A stretch of 62,226 nt of DNA, the filler included, from Choristocarpus tenellus KU-1152 (Eukaryota; Protista; Phaeophyceae), in NCBI GenBank assembly GCA_964200185.2. It is 11 parts of 11 records of this genome, joined end to end, with 100 filler letters (N's around TTAATTAATTAA, not from the genome) between each part and the next. Parts side by side here need not be neighbours in the genome. Positions count along the whole stretch, not along the records: positions 1 to 4,984 come from CAXNAD020012278.1; positions 5,085 to 11,435 come from CAXNAD020008330.1; positions 11,536 to 21,343 come from CAXNAD020003375.1; 8 more parts are not named here. One strand, given 5' to 3'. Shown here piece after piece: positions 1-13,107 of the stretch. Every line of letters starts with the position of its first letter. Position 1 is the stretch's first letter. The notes below the pieces were generated by a model. That model was not told the origin of the DNA. It was given only the letters and a program-made list of their open reading frames with translations, and did no database searches. A program made the translations under genes and the position numbers.

Positions 1-156
1 GAAGATCCACTTTGTTTCTCACGTCTTGACTGATGATGAAGCCCCATCTTTGATGTTGCTTCTCACTCGTAAGTTTACACTTGGCCAACGGTCACGGTTC
101 GTCCTTGTTCGTTTGGTCCGTCTTGCCCGGTGATTCTCTTCACCACCCTTGCCTGA

Positions 157-3100
157 GTGAACCACGCCACCACAGAATCACACGATTCACACAAGGAGGA
201 TATCCAATTGGAATGTGTTCTGATTGGTAAACTGGAAACTGTGGTGTTTACAAACGTACTTGTGGTGCCTGATCTTGATGTGAAATTGTATTCTCCCAAG
301 GCTTGCATGCGAGATGGAGACAGTTTCCGGTCTATTGACTCCGTCAGAATATCGACTTTTAAGGACAACGGGGAAAGAAATCTCACCTTCACGTCATTGG
401 GGGAGGAGGAATTATTCTCCTTGGGGATGCGCATAGTGGGTGTGAGGAACAGCTCTGATTCTACTAATGTCCCTACCTCTGATACAACGTCTGGCAAACC
501 AAGAATTAAGTTGGTCCGGAAAACTGCGTCGAGGGATGTAAATGAGCTGCACACGCGATTAGGTGATATTCATCAGGGGTTGGACAGGAAAGACGCTCTG
601 GCGCAGAATATTTTTTTAACTGGAACATGGGAGCCATCTTGTCGAGGTTGCCCACTCGGCAAGGGTCATAGGTATCCAATTCCACAGGAGATGGAGAATC
701 GTGCTTCGGTAAAGGGGGAAGATGTTTATGTGGACTCGACTGGAATGAACGCAACGTCAGAGGAGGAGGTTGTGATATCTGATTATCTCGCCCAGGAGGG
801 GACTAGAGGAGTCGATTTCGCACAGAATGAGACCAGAGGTATCGACCTAACCCACGCTGGGGCTAGAGATGTCAATCTCACTCAAGAGGGGAGTGGAGGC
901 GATGTCGATTGTGGAGGAATGATGTTTGATACTACTACATCAGTGGATGATACCGTAGCGAAGTGGACGCTTTCCACTGAGAGGGTTGAAGTTAATGCCA
1001 TTGTCCCAGAGGGGATTGTTGAGACCTACCCCAAAGATGGCTCCGTCAGAGTTTGATCCAGGGGGGTCAACTAGTCCGAAAGCAACGTCAGTGAAGGATG
1101 TTGTAACATTTGTTGAGCTCGCCCAGGGTGGGGCTGGAGCACTTGTCACTGCCCCATGGGGGCTGAGTGGGGATGAAATATTGGAAGAGAAACAAAACGA
1201 CTTTGGGCTGAGCACTGAAGATTTGATACTGGAGGAAATTTCTATGGGATCGGAAAAGGAGGTTCCAGAGGAAAAGACTTCAAAAGGCGTGTCTTCGGAA
1301 AACGTGGGTTTGAATTTGGAAAATGGATGTACTGATGGGATGCTGAACACTGGTGCTGGTGGTATGGATCCACCTGTCACAGCAGGGGAGTGGTGGAAAG
1401 TTGTTACTGCGACTAGTGGATCATAACCACGACCCCCCATCTGAACCTGATGAACCATTGGAACGGACGGCAGGTGTACTTGCGGGTGGGAAAGATAAAC
1501 CCCTCCCACCAGAACCCAAGACCATGAGAGCAGCGACAGAGTGTGAGGAGTGGCCTTTATGGAAAGCTTCTATTCATGAAGAAGTGGATGATCTGGATAG
1601 CAGGGGAGTGTGGATTCGAGTACCTCGCTCCACTGATGGTCACAAGGCACTAGGGACAAAGATGGTTTTTGACCGAGGCAGATGGATGGCAAAGGGAGAG
1701 TGCAGAGGTCCAAGGCTGGACTAAGACAACTAAAAGTTTCTGCAGGTGGAAACTTTGCAGGAACTGGGCTTGGAACAATCTAAGGAAGATTCATGTCTGT
1801 TAAGAATGATTGTGGATGGTGAAACTGTGATGATCATGCTCATTCATGTAGATGACATGCTTATGGCAAGCAAGGGGTCTAAACATGCTTTGAATATAGT
1901 TCAGGGACTGAACAAGAAATTCCCAGTGGAGTACCTTGGGGAGAAGGGACAGTTTATGGAATACCGCATAAACAGGGACTGTAGACTAGGGACTGTTTCC
2001 ATAGACCAGCTGGTATATGTTGAAGACTTGGCGGCTAAATGTGGGATCACAAGTGGCTGTGATCTTCCTGCTGTTGCAACCAAAGAGTTTGCTGAGGAGG
2101 GCCCAGTGAGAGACAGTTATCGTGCAATGGTTGGGAGCTTGATGTGGGCGTCCATTATGACCAGACCCGATGTATCATCTACAGTAAGGAGCCTAGCAAT
2201 GAAATGTGTAAACCCTACGGTGACGGATTGGAAGGGGGCTGAGAGAAATATTGGGTATTTGTTGAGGACAAGCAGTAGAGGATTGACCTATATGGTGATT
2301 TCAGTTTTTACGGAATGCACACGGACCAACTCATCGGCTATGCTGATGCTGATTACGAAAATTGTGTTATTTCAAGATTTTCTGTGTCTGATGGCGTGGT
2401 AATGTTTGGGGGTGCATGTGTGAGCTGGTTGTCCAAAATGCAGAAAACTGTTGCTTTGTCTACCACTGAGGCCTAGTATGTGTCGTTGTGTGATTTGGCC
2501 AAAGAGGTTATATTCTTGCAACAAGTACAATATTTTTTGGAGCCAACTGTGCACGAGTATTGTGTACGATTGTTTGAAGACAATAGTGGGGCAATCAAGT
2601 TGACTGAGAAGACAGCTTCAGGGGGTAGGACAAAACATACAGATATCAGATATCATTATGTTAGAAATTTAGTGAAAGAGGGGAAGGTAAAGATTATGTA
2701 TGTAAACTCTGGTGAACAACATGGAGATTTATTCATGAAGTCTTTGAGTGGTGATGTGTTTGAGTTTCACACTAGAACTATCATGCACTGTGAGTAAGGG
2801 GTAGTGTGCAGATTGAGTTAATTGGATTCATGATGAATGGACTGAGCAGGGGAGTGTGTCATGAGTTTGTTTGTCCATGTGTGGAATAAACATTTGAAGT
2901 TTACAGGATAAGTTGATTTCAAGTTGGGCTTTATTGCTGGACTGATTTGATTCTCACTGCATAGTCAGAGCAGGGGAGTGTGTCAAGATTATGCTTGACC
3001 ATTTTGTGAGAATATGATTTGAAGTATTATTTCATGTACGCACAGAAGATAATGCGGGACATTCGAGATGTTTAGGCGGGGTATTTGGCCAGAAGTAATC

Positions 3101-3300
3101 GGCGGACTATTAGAGTCGGAATGTTTCTGACGTGTACTAGAGAAACGTTGAGTCCTTTGGTATTCTGAGTCATTCAATGTAAGGACTGGTGAGCCCCACC
3201 TAGTGAAGGTATCTCACTCTCTTCTCAACTGTGGTACAAGCTAATAAACAATAATATAACTAGTTGTGTGGGACAAAAGATCGTCAAGGACAGCTTAACA
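157..3300 (+). mobile_element. Degenerate Ty1/copia LTR retrotransposon (pol remnants, PPT and 3' LTR)
   Basis: GAG-pre-integrase motif LHTRLGDIH...CRGCPLGK (157-1056); RT start EPKTMRAA...WKASIHEEV (1353-1724); RT IHVDDML...MTRPDV (1746-2402); RNase H FEDNSGAI...TKHTDIRYH (2480-2797). Frameshifts and stops throughout, integrase core missing. PPT at 2968-2980. Confidence 0.93.
2981..3300 (+). repeat. 3' LTR of the copia element (320 bp)
   Basis: Starts TGTCAAG directly after the PPT and ends CTTAACA (imperfect inverted termini); AATAAA near 3243. Confidence 0.8.
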
Positions 3301-4100
3301 TACCCCTATACCAGTATTCTTGGGAAACTCATGTTCTTAGCAGGCATGACTCGACCAGACCTGGCTAACAGTATACGTGAACTGGGGCGTAGAGCAGCAT
3401 CTCCATGCATTCGACACTGGCGCGGACTGCAACACGTTCTGCGCTAACGTAGCAGGGACATTGGATATCTGCACTCACTATGATCGAGGGAACAAAGATA
3501 TGAGCGAGAATGATGAAGAACTCCTGGTAGGGTATGGGGAATCTGAATGGGGCACTAACTCACAAACATGCAGAAGTGTTACAGGATACATATTATTATT
3601 CAACAGGTCATCGATTGCCTGGCGCCCCAAGCTTCAAGGGGCAGTCACCCTCTCCAGCTCGGAGGCAGAGTGGACAGCAATGGCATATGGCATGTGTCAC
3701 TGCATTTTTATTTGAGGCATTCTGGGGGAGATTGGTATACTACAGGACCAGACTCCCTGGTTCTGTGACAGCCGTGCAGCTACTCAAGCGGGAAGCATCA
3801 CAGGATTCAATGGAAGAACCAAGCATGTGGACATAAATAAGTTAAGGGTACAAGAGAGTATGTAGATCAAGGAATGTTTCACATTGAATAAATTCCAACA
3901 CGCAAGCAATTGGCTGAGGTGTTAACAAAGTCTTTACGAAAGAAACTTATCTCTGATTTTGTGCATTCCGTGCTTTCACGTAGAGAGTGAGCTTTAGTCT
4001 GCGACATTGCTGCACACTCATGGGGGAATGTGCAATATAGGCTAGGTAGTCTATAGAGTCTTATGTGTTTAGTGACTAACACTAGACAACAGAAATATAA
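3301..4100 (+). mobile_element. Second, different copia remnant (RT C-terminus, RNase H, PPT, LTR start) into which the first element inserted
   Basis: PYTSILGKLMFLAGMTRPDL begins right after the LTR; RSVTGYIL...VTLSSSEAEW follows; purine tract GGGGGAA at 4022-4028, then TGTGCAATATAGG at 4029. Confidence 0.88.
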
Positions 4101-4286
4101 CTATACATATCTGGAACCCCCGAAAATTGAAATGAGCAGAAGCAACTATTGTTTCGAAAACTCAACCGAAGATATCATGATGCTGCGCTGGCGATGAAGA
4201 TATGATGGTAGGTTGTAAATCCGTCCCTCTTCTTTATTTAAGGAAATAAGGATGTCACAGATCTGTATATGGCACGGTGTGCTGTA

Positions 4287-4940
4287 TGCTAAAACATGTG
4301 TTTATCATCTCTTTTTTCGTTGATACGATCCGGTTCCACCAGTCAACACTGACTGTTAATTGGTTCGTTACGCATTGGATGTTAAATGTCACTTCTTTAC
4401 CATCAGAACACCTAAGTAAAGAAAGGTAGCTCTGCGTTCCACACGAGTAGTCTCGTGATTCAGACTATCTGTTGGGCGAATTATTCTGTCCATTTGGCGT
4501 CGATTTCTTCATGTCGAGATTTTCGGGTGATTTGTCCAAATGAAAGACATGATCTAGTGTTGTTTCACGCTTTTCATATTGTTCGTTCTATTTTTTTCTT
4601 CTCTGTTTCTCCCTCTGATCAGCAGAAGATGACACTTGTACTTTAATTGTTTATTATTTCTTTAGAGACTGGCATTGATCCCCCACATTGAACATAAACT
4701 ACTCTACAAACAGTGTACAGTACACACACCTGGATGTGCTATAATCAGCGTTATAAACATCCATGGAAAACCTTGCCAACCAACGTAACACGCCTCCCCA
4801 CAGAGCATGGACTTCTTTCGTTGAGTAGTTGCTCGTCAGGAACACTAAATTCACATTACATCGTTCTGGATTGAGCAACAAGGAATACTAAATTCAGATC
4901 TTAGCATTCTTGACTGAGACCAATTACCTCAGTTACAACA
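4287..4940. repeat. Dispersed LTR-like repeat family D (~600-650 bp)
   Basis: Reverse-complement similarity to 42635-43211 and 16709-17537; TG...CA-like ends. No TSD seen, so boundaries are approximate. Confidence 0.65.
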
Positions 4941-4984
4941 GCTTGACACCTTGAGTTCACTCTGTCTCTCGTGTTCTAAAAAAA

Positions 4985-5084
4985 NNNNNNNNNNNNNNNN
5001 NNNNNNNNNNNNNNNNNNNNNNNNNNNNTTAATTAATTAANNNNNNNNNNNNNNNNNNNNNNNNNNNNNNNNNNNNNNNNNNNN
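4985..5084. other. Artificial contig linker N44-TTAATTAATTAA-N44 (also 11436-11535, 21344-21443, 25733-25832, 35199-35298, 39631-39730, 46586-46685, 53161-53260, 56301-56400, 59281-59380)
   Basis: The identical 100-nt spacer occurs ten times, and the 12-mer puts stops in all six frames. Confidence 0.98.
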
Positions 5085-6054
5085 CCCCCCAAACATCCCC
5101 CAGTGTCCGCATTGGTCGACATAGATATGGAGTAATACTGGCACTACTTTGAAGGGAATGTGTTAGGCTAAGGGGTCAGCACATCTTATCGGCTCTTTGT
5201 GGTATGCAGGATATTCAAACGGTGGAAATGTAGAGTTTCATGTCATGCCCCCTCCCCTTTGATTTGGCATCATAACTCGATTTCACAACTTACAGTTTAC
5301 AACAGTGGGTCATCCTAAGTATTTACAACATAGATTGTGTATGTACTCCTTATGTCAATATTGATGACCAGACAATTATGTGGATCAGAAGAGAAGGAAG
5401 AATGTGGGCATTCCAATATATCCTCCCTCCTGCCAGCGGGTGAACTCGGCTACATTGGACAACACAACACCTTCCTCGTCCACCCCTGACCGACCTCTGC
5501 TCCCTGTTCCACTGGCTCGAGCAGTTGCAGCAGACACTGCTGCTTGGAAGAGGTCACCTGCTCGAGTAGTCTGCTCTGACCAAGGAATAGGGGTCCCCCT
5601 GACATCAGAAATAGGGGAGGAAGAACATGTTGTAACAGTGTCACCATTGATCATAAAAGCATGAGCAGTGCACATTTTTTGTGTGTGCTTTGAAAGGCAT
5701 GGATTGGTATACTCCTTCCCATATATATGGATGCAACAGGATAGGTGAGCATGATGAGGCAGCTAAACCTTCCATACTACTGCTGCCAACATGCTCGCTG
5801 CATCAAGTCTAGTCTCCATGTGAATACGCTCAATCATTCTGCTGGTAGAGTTGTTTCACATATTCTTATCCCAAGGCAAGTGGCAAATGATACCGGTTTT
5901 CCATTTCATGTCAACGCAAGTGGTAGGTAGATTGGTATTTTGTGCCTTAGATTTCCTCATGGCTACAGCCAAGAGAGCGGGTACCATTTCTGAGCAAGGA
6001 CTGGCAGTAAAGTTTGTCCACTTGCAACAAAACTTAAGTGTTAGACTTTCTTGC

Positions 6055-9000
6055 CTATCAGGAGTGTACTGAAGCCTACAAACCGCTGCATTGTTGAGGA
6101 GGGCCGGGCTGTCAGGCCACCGTAGCGTGCCTCCCTCATAAAGTTCACAGGCTCTGTGCACCTCTTCCCATAATACATGAACTTTGGCCTGTTTTTACCA
6201 GTGAATATGTGGTAGAGACAAAATAGGCACATAATGCATGTGCTAAGTACACAAATAGATGTGAATTTATGGCATGGGTGGAAGGCAGTATGATGAGAAG
6301 CAGCTGGGGAGCACATGTCTATGATCAGGTACTACTCAAGGTTGATTCCCCTGTTCTCGTCCAATTCTTACCGTTGACAGTCTTGGGAGAGACTTGGAAT
6401 ACAATTCATCCCTTACCATGTGGCTCCAGTTCGCATTATGCCTTTATTTAGACTTACCCACACATGTTTCCAAGTATAGTTCAAACCAAATCTCCCTACA
6501 GTTCCTTCAGTGCACTCTAGCATTGTATCAACACGTTCAACTGGCACAAAGAAAATCCTTCATGTAGAAAATTCCTGTTGGACTTGTCTGCACACACACA
6601 CACACACATGTTTTTAACAGATTTCAATTTTCCACCTTTCTCACCAGGCGCTTAACTGATCAACTGCACAACCAAAAGATGTTCAAGCAAGAACACTCAA
6701 CTGTATTTATATCAGGAGTAGTCTCAGCTCTCACAATATCCTATGAGGGGCTGAAGTAGTGGAGGATATGCTCCATGAATTGACCAACTAGGAAAGAAAA
6801 ATCAGTATTTCTCTAAGAGGTAGAAAATTCGTGTTTGATGAGAGTATGGCGGGAGTGTAATCCACTTTCAAGTCTACTGCTAGCTGCTACAAGTTGACAC
6901 CCTTTCTGCCAAACCAAGCAGCTTAACACCTGACCTGTGTCAAACGTTGCATTCACCCACTGCACAAATGAAATTGAAAATGGTGTTTTTCCTGCAATGT
7001 CTATTTGTTGCTTGTGAACAGACTGGCAGGTGATTTTTCCATAATGATCAATTTCATAGGACTTCATACTCTATGCCACACTGTGCTCCAGCACAAATTT
7101 AATCTTGCAGAGATTCCATCTCCATGATGCCTCTCTAAGTTTTGTTCCTAGCATCTGTGTTGTGTGTTGTTCTTGCCTTGCCTAGGAGGGCCTTTGCAGT
7201 GTCCCCTGGGATAAGGTCCGCAGCCCTCTTTGCAAAGTCCAGGCCTTGCTTCCTATGTCCTGTAGCCATCAGATGTTCCGAATATATGTCGAGCATGCGC
7301 CAGTCCATTGGATCTGCTCTCAACCCATGTGTGAGGAAGGCCTCATCATGGCGCCAAACACCGGTCTTACAAAGGTCAAAAATATTGTGCATCATCCACA
7401 GAGTGGATTGGGTTGTTTTGGAGGTGTTAGGCCAATGTGGATCATTGGGATCGAACAGAGAGGATGTACCATCGGGTGTAATTGTGGGTGGGGTCTACAT
7501 ACATCATTTCACCCTTAAAAACATGTTCTGACACCGCTCAGAACAGGTCTTCAACATATATTGGGCGGAAAACGTACTTGTTGCAAGCAGAAGTGGGACC
7601 ACTTGCGATTGATTGATTCTTGATTGTCCGTATCAAGAGTGAAACCGTTTTTGAGGATGCACAGTTAGAGTCTCACCGGTCTATTCACTTTTCTGGCAGT
7701 AAGTTGTACAATACAGCCACCAACAAGACAAAAAAAACATGCATGTATTTACAGCATCATTCAATAATTATTGTACAGACTAGCTGCTACATACTTCTTC
7801 CTGCTACCTGTTCCGCTGACAGGAGGGCCAGGCATGCAAGAAGTGGCAGCCACGGTAGAACAGCTAACAGGAACCCAGTTCTCTTAAAGTCACTTGTGGG
7901 TTTCACAAGGTTGCTTAGTCCTGCTGCTGCCAAGGGCACAAAAGCCACTGATGTAATGTAGGCATACCTGCCACCGGGGTTAGGAGCAGGGATGAGGGAG
8001 GGGGGGAACAGGCAACACAATAAAGCATATGCCGCTTTCTCGAGGCCGTGAAGATTCACCGCTGTAGTGTTGTTCAGCAGTAGTGAGTTCACTGAGGTTG
8101 GCTCAATAAATATGTGACCACAGAGCCTGTTACTGAATGTTTCTAGTTTCCCTACAAATTATGTACTGTGTGTTGTAAGCATCCATCCCATCCAGAACAA
8201 GAGGGTGACATATGAGATTTTCCCCAAGGTTGCATTTTAGATGTCCAGCCCCATCTTCAGTGAGAATGTATGGGGGGGGTGGGAAGAGGCAAGAATGGAG
8301 CTTCAATGAAGAATGAAGCTGTCCTCAAGTGACTTTGACACAGTCTATTGCATAGCATTCTGACCCCCCCCCCCTCCCTCACCTATCTCCACCCTTTTGC
8401 ACCATTCCATGTTGCAGTACGCCTGACATTGGTATAAAAACCACTACATAGTGCAGCCATGCTAGTAGCACCCAATTTAGCCCCTCACCACCTGTAGCAG
8501 TGGTAGCTGACCTGCTGCTTGGTTCAGTTTCACAATGGGAAAGGACCCCGCCATATTTTGAGCTACCTGTCACTGTGCCCCTAGGGAAAATGCCACCTGT
8601 TGCAATTTTTTCCCATACAAGTGCAGCTAATGCAACCGTGCTGGCAACAGTGAGTCCCACAACCATAACCACTGAAAGGTAGGTATCTAGATGTTGGGTA
8701 GGATCGATGACAAGGCTTTCCTGAAGAGAAGAAGAAAGAATATATGACACAAACAGATGAGGCTGAGAGTTTGCAAGAAGAATTTGGTACTACCGTAGTA
8801 GACGCCTATCTACAAAGAGGGAAAATTAACAGTGCCAAGTATCAATCCTAGGAGGGGTAAATTATAGTGCTATTCTAAGATGGGAAATGTCATTTCCATT
8901 CCTCTCGGGATCATTGCATGAATCCTGTGAAAGAGTTGCCATATGTACACCTAGAAATTACTCACCAGTTTGAAGGCATAATGTGGCCTCAACCCAGACG

Positions 9001-10334
9001 GCCATGCAAGCTTGCCCATGTAGAACCACAGGGTAACAGCACCCTTGATTATTCGTTCTTGCCAGTCCAGGGAAATCACATCAGTATCTGGCTCACCCCC
9101 ACCCCGGTTTGCCATCAGTGTGGCAAGCCCAAGCATTATTGCTACACCAATATACAACAATCTTTGTAGCACAAACAGTAGCCATCTGAATAGAGTTTTC
9201 CTATCTTGGCCTGAAGAATTGGATAGAACTGGGAGAGGCATCATATCAACAAGGACCATGGCAGTTGGCCATAATAGAGCACATGACTTGCTCAAGACCG
9301 CTGCTGCATATAGAGCAGGTGAGGTAAACACACCTGTGGGTTTCCGGTTTCAGAAGTAGTGATAGAAAATATATTTTTATCTGTAGGGATAATGTGCTGT
9401 TTCGTCTTGAAAGACAGAGTGAGCATGACATGACGACCAGCATCCAGTGTGGGGTTTAGAGTCAGACAAACGGTATCTCACCGACAAATGAGAGTCCAAG
9501 GCCCACAACTTGACACGCCTCCGCTCGTAAATGTGCATTCAGAGATGTAAGGCAAAAGAAGAGACATAGAGAGTAGGGGAAGCATGACGGCCAGCACACG
9601 ACTTCCACATTCACAGGGTGTACTGCGAATGCGCAAACAGGTAGGAGGCTACATCCCCAGATTCCCAACTCGTGTGTTGTCCCAACCTTTGCGTGGTGTT
9701 CGGAAGCATAGAGAGGGTACAGTTCAAGGGAAGGGGGCGTGCGTAAGCTTACTGCAGTGTTATTTCGGATCTTACCTTGATACCATCGTGCCTCTAAAAT
9801 TCAAGTCCCAGAGTTCACGCCAATACGCACCAGGGATGCTCGAGCGTGGCTCGCAAGTATGCTTTATCAGCTCACCTTCATCCTCCGCAATAACTTCGTC
9901 GTGACCATCAGCAGTAACGCGCAATTTGACCCGTGAAGGCAAAGGCCCACGCGCCGAAACCACAACGATGCCTCAGGACTCTCCTGATCAATGCCTAGGG
10001 CGCGGAGGCCGGCCACAACCACGGCTTTGGACACCCAGGCGGCAGGCTCGTAAACGTAAATCAGAGGTAGGGTTGGACTTAAAGAACTCTTGGGATTGTC
10101 GAGAAGATCTTTAGCCATAGGGTTCAGGAAGTTGTGCCAATCATCCCAGTGGGCAAGAAATTGCCAGTCGTTCATTTGCCCGGTCTGAAGCAGTGGTCTG
10201 TAAGCTAAGTACAAACTTCCTATAATTATAATCGAGAAAGTGAGCGGTTGCGCTACCCATAGGACTATTTTGCGCACCCACACCCAGCTTCGCTTGTCCA
10301 TGGTCCAAACAACGGAGTGGACGATGCTCAACAT
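6055..10334 (-). CDS. TMTC-like transmembrane/TPR protein (putative GT-C O-mannosyltransferase), multi-exon; 3' end uncertain
   Basis: Exons carry HWDDWHNF, FAVHPVNVEVVCW, LSKS, WPSGLRPHY and FIPMSGVLQHG...GDR|YAY, then TPR-like W...EAFLTHGLRADP and ACELYE...PDSPALLNNAAVC. The order matches the TMTC family and splice sites keep the frame. Confidence 0.8.
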
Positions 10335-10689
10335 GTCTACTTATTTAAACGATAGTTGTTGACAACAGTGTGGAGGGAATCACAACATGAGAACAACAGT
10401 AGTAGTACACATGTACAGTTTGCCATCACATCCGTGAAACCGTTGGTCGTCACCAAAGTTCACTCGTCACAATCGATCATTTTTTCTTAATATGTACTTC
10501 AAGTAATGAAAGAAATAGTTGTACATAATGTTTCGAAATTTGAAGTTATAGAACAGGACACAATGCCCAACACAACACACCAGTCCCAAAACAGGACACT
10601 CTGCCCCATTCAAACACCAAACACCCTACCTCCCGTTCATCTAGTATATGATGGCTAAGAATGGCCTGCGTCGTAAGTTTAGTAAAAAA

Positions 10690-11245
10690 GCACCTTTTAG
10701 AGATGAAGATCTCCAGGTGTCAACAGACTTGAGGGGGAGAGAACTTCCGAAGCGAAGAACTATCTCTCATATTTCACCTAGCCCCCTGTCTGTTGATGGC
10801 ACAGTCGTCGTCACCCTTGCCATGTCTGAGGGCTTGACCCTTGCCATCATCCACGAGTGGGAGGTTTCCGGAGAATGAGATTGTGTCCAACCCAAGCCAG
10901 TGCGCGAACGTACTTATCAACAAATTGACAGACGGCCAGGTATACAACCTCTCTTTCGTATCGATCCTAAATGAGATATTGACCAACGGGAGATAGGGAT
11001 GGACAGTCAGTATCTGATCTAGGACGATATTTTTGAGATGTCACACATTTCCTGCGGTCGTGAGGGCATCTTGAATGGGATACAGGAAGAGCATGTCGCC
11101 GACATGTCCTCTGTCCGGACCTGTGTAGAGTGGGGATTCGACAAGGTTTGCCAGGTGTGGATAATCATGGACTTCAAGAAGAATGTAAAGCTTCTCCTGT
11201 CTCCTATCGGCGACTATTTCATAGTTGAAACACTGCTCACCAATT
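10690..11245 (+). pseudogene. PIF/Harbinger-type (DDE_Tnp_4) transposase remnant
   Basis: MSSVRTCVEWGFDKV...MDFKKNVKLLLSPIGDYFIVETLLTN matches the HARBI1-like C-terminal catalytic segment; truncated by a family B element. Confidence 0.8.
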
Positions 11246-11246
11246 G

Positions 11247-11429
11247 GGCTCAAAGTATCTGGGGGAGGGTGGCGGCTGCCCATTCGGGGTCCATTTTTCC
11301 ATGTCGCGATCTTTGGATGATTTGGTTGCATTCATCAGATGGATAATGTAAGTGCACTTCTCCTGGTTGGGGCTCGAATGGACACTCTGGTGGAGACCCC
11401 CCCCCCAACCCCCCCCATTACTTTGAGCC
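11247..11429 (+). mobile_element. Non-autonomous TIR element, family B (~180 bp, G/C-run termini)
   Basis: GGCTCAAAGTATCTGGGGG ... CCCCCCATTACTTTGAGCC; interior similar to 25528-25668, 46439-46585 and 46686-46839. Confidence 0.8.
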
Positions 11430-11535
11430 CTTTGCNNNNNNNNNNNNNNNNNNNNNNNNNNNNNNNNNNNNNNNNNNNNTTAATTAATTAANNNNNNNNN
11501 NNNNNNNNNNNNNNNNNNNNNNNNNNNNNNNNNNN

Positions 11536-11720
11536 TCACTGAACACCTCAACGCTACTCTGCAAACTGTGTACCAAACACACACATGGATGTAATACAAT
11601 CAGAGTTAAAACCATCCGCGGAAACCCTTGCCAGCCAAGGTAACAAGCCTCTCAATTACACTCACTCCAAACCATAGTAGCGAAATGCCAACACCCTGCA
11701 TAGTTAAAGCATGATTCAAC
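11536..11720. repeat. Partial family D repeat
   Basis: CCATCCGCGGAAACCCTTGCCAGCCAAGGTAACAAGCCTCTC is the reverse complement of the 42730-42780 segment. Confidence 0.6.
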
Positions 11721-12852
11721 AAGCGGTAGTATGTGCGAGCTCCGTATTGTCCTAGTTTGAAGCCCAGCAGAGATATATGCATGGTCCTAATCGACAATTC
11801 CTTCCGATGTTGACCTCAGCAAATACTTCCCTACCTTAGCACCAATCAAACTAGTCCCGTCTCTTTGTTCTTGCTACACCTGCTAGAATTTGGCAGTAGA
11901 ATGATGACGGCATGCTGGAAGAACGGCACATCGTTGGCACTGGGTGAGGATGTGGTACATGAGTTCTCACTCTTCAATACACATGTGTACCCACGTGCAG
12001 TGTATCCAGCAATACGCAATTTTATTGAAGACCGAAATGGGATGTCCTTCGCAGACTTTATGGGCACACGCAGAGGTGCCTGTATGAGACCAGAGACCCT
12101 TGCAAAGTGGACACCAGAGGAACGTGATCTCCTCCTATCAGACTTCAATCTCATTGGAGCGTATCTCTGGTAAGTGCAAGCAGGAGGTACTATATGGACC
12201 CTATTTGTGTTTTGGTTTCTCCTTTCAATATCAACATAGGAGGCATGAACGGATGATTGACTGGAAGAGTATTTCAGTGTATGATATTAATAATATTCTT
12301 CCTGGCGTAGCTACATACAGTATTTTTGCTTTTGGCAAGTCTGTATGAATGCATAGATGTTGACTCAAAAAGAGTGATGAGAGTCATCCATTTCCAATCG
12401 AACATGTGCACATGACGGCAGAAAAAATAAGGGAGGGGAGTCTTTACAGGCAAGAGTTTTTCCCCTCCTACAGAATGGATTTAAGGGTATCAAGCAACCA
12501 AAAACTAGAACCTATTATTGCTGGACATGTATTTGTTTGAGGCAATTTTTTCAGCAAGGTTAGCCTTTGCTGATAATGGGATTGGGAAGAACGAGGAATA
12601 TGATTTCTGATACTTTCCTTATCCAATGTGGTGCACAGACACAAGTACAGTAGGGAATCCAGCTATAAACATATCTTGTAAGATTTACAAAACCTTAGAT
12701 TTTGAAAATCTATTATTTATAATAATTTAATGCTAGTTTTCAATATTTTTCAATAGGACTGTAAAGTACACCTTGTTGCATGCACTGTAGCATATCACAC
12801 TGATGGTGCAATGCCACAAACAGGCGAGTGATGAGTGTCATCGTCTCTTCCT

Positions 12853-13107
12853 GAGTGTAAGTGTCTTAGAGGGTACGAGTTTTGCCCTGTTTGTCCATTT
12901 GGGGCTTGGCTTCCTATGGGTTTTTAATGGCATTTTCCTACTCCAAAATGTTCTGGAGTAAGCAAAATGTGTACGATATGAAAAGGTGTGCCTAGAACAA
13001 GGATATTGACACAACAAACGCAATAACCAAAATTGCATGAAAATTGCAACAACATTAAATTTTGGACCCCAAATAATCCGGCTCTACCCTTTAAGATACG
13101 TTGGCTA
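12853..13107 (-). mobile_element. Non-autonomous TIR element, family A (~255 bp), copy 1
   Basis: TIR GAGTSAAAGTATCTTAGAGGGTA with the same interior as the other copies; diverged, TSD not evident. Confidence 0.85.

Noticed and set aside
5029-5040. Recurrent TTAATTAATTAA motif and ORFs ending in LIN
   Set aside because: Artificial linker inside the N spacers.
12838-13038. Recurring short ORFs such as LGSVNIL...PKWTNR (also 15199, 16892, 34170, 45496)
   Set aside because: Chance translations of the non-coding family A element; frames are not conserved between copies.
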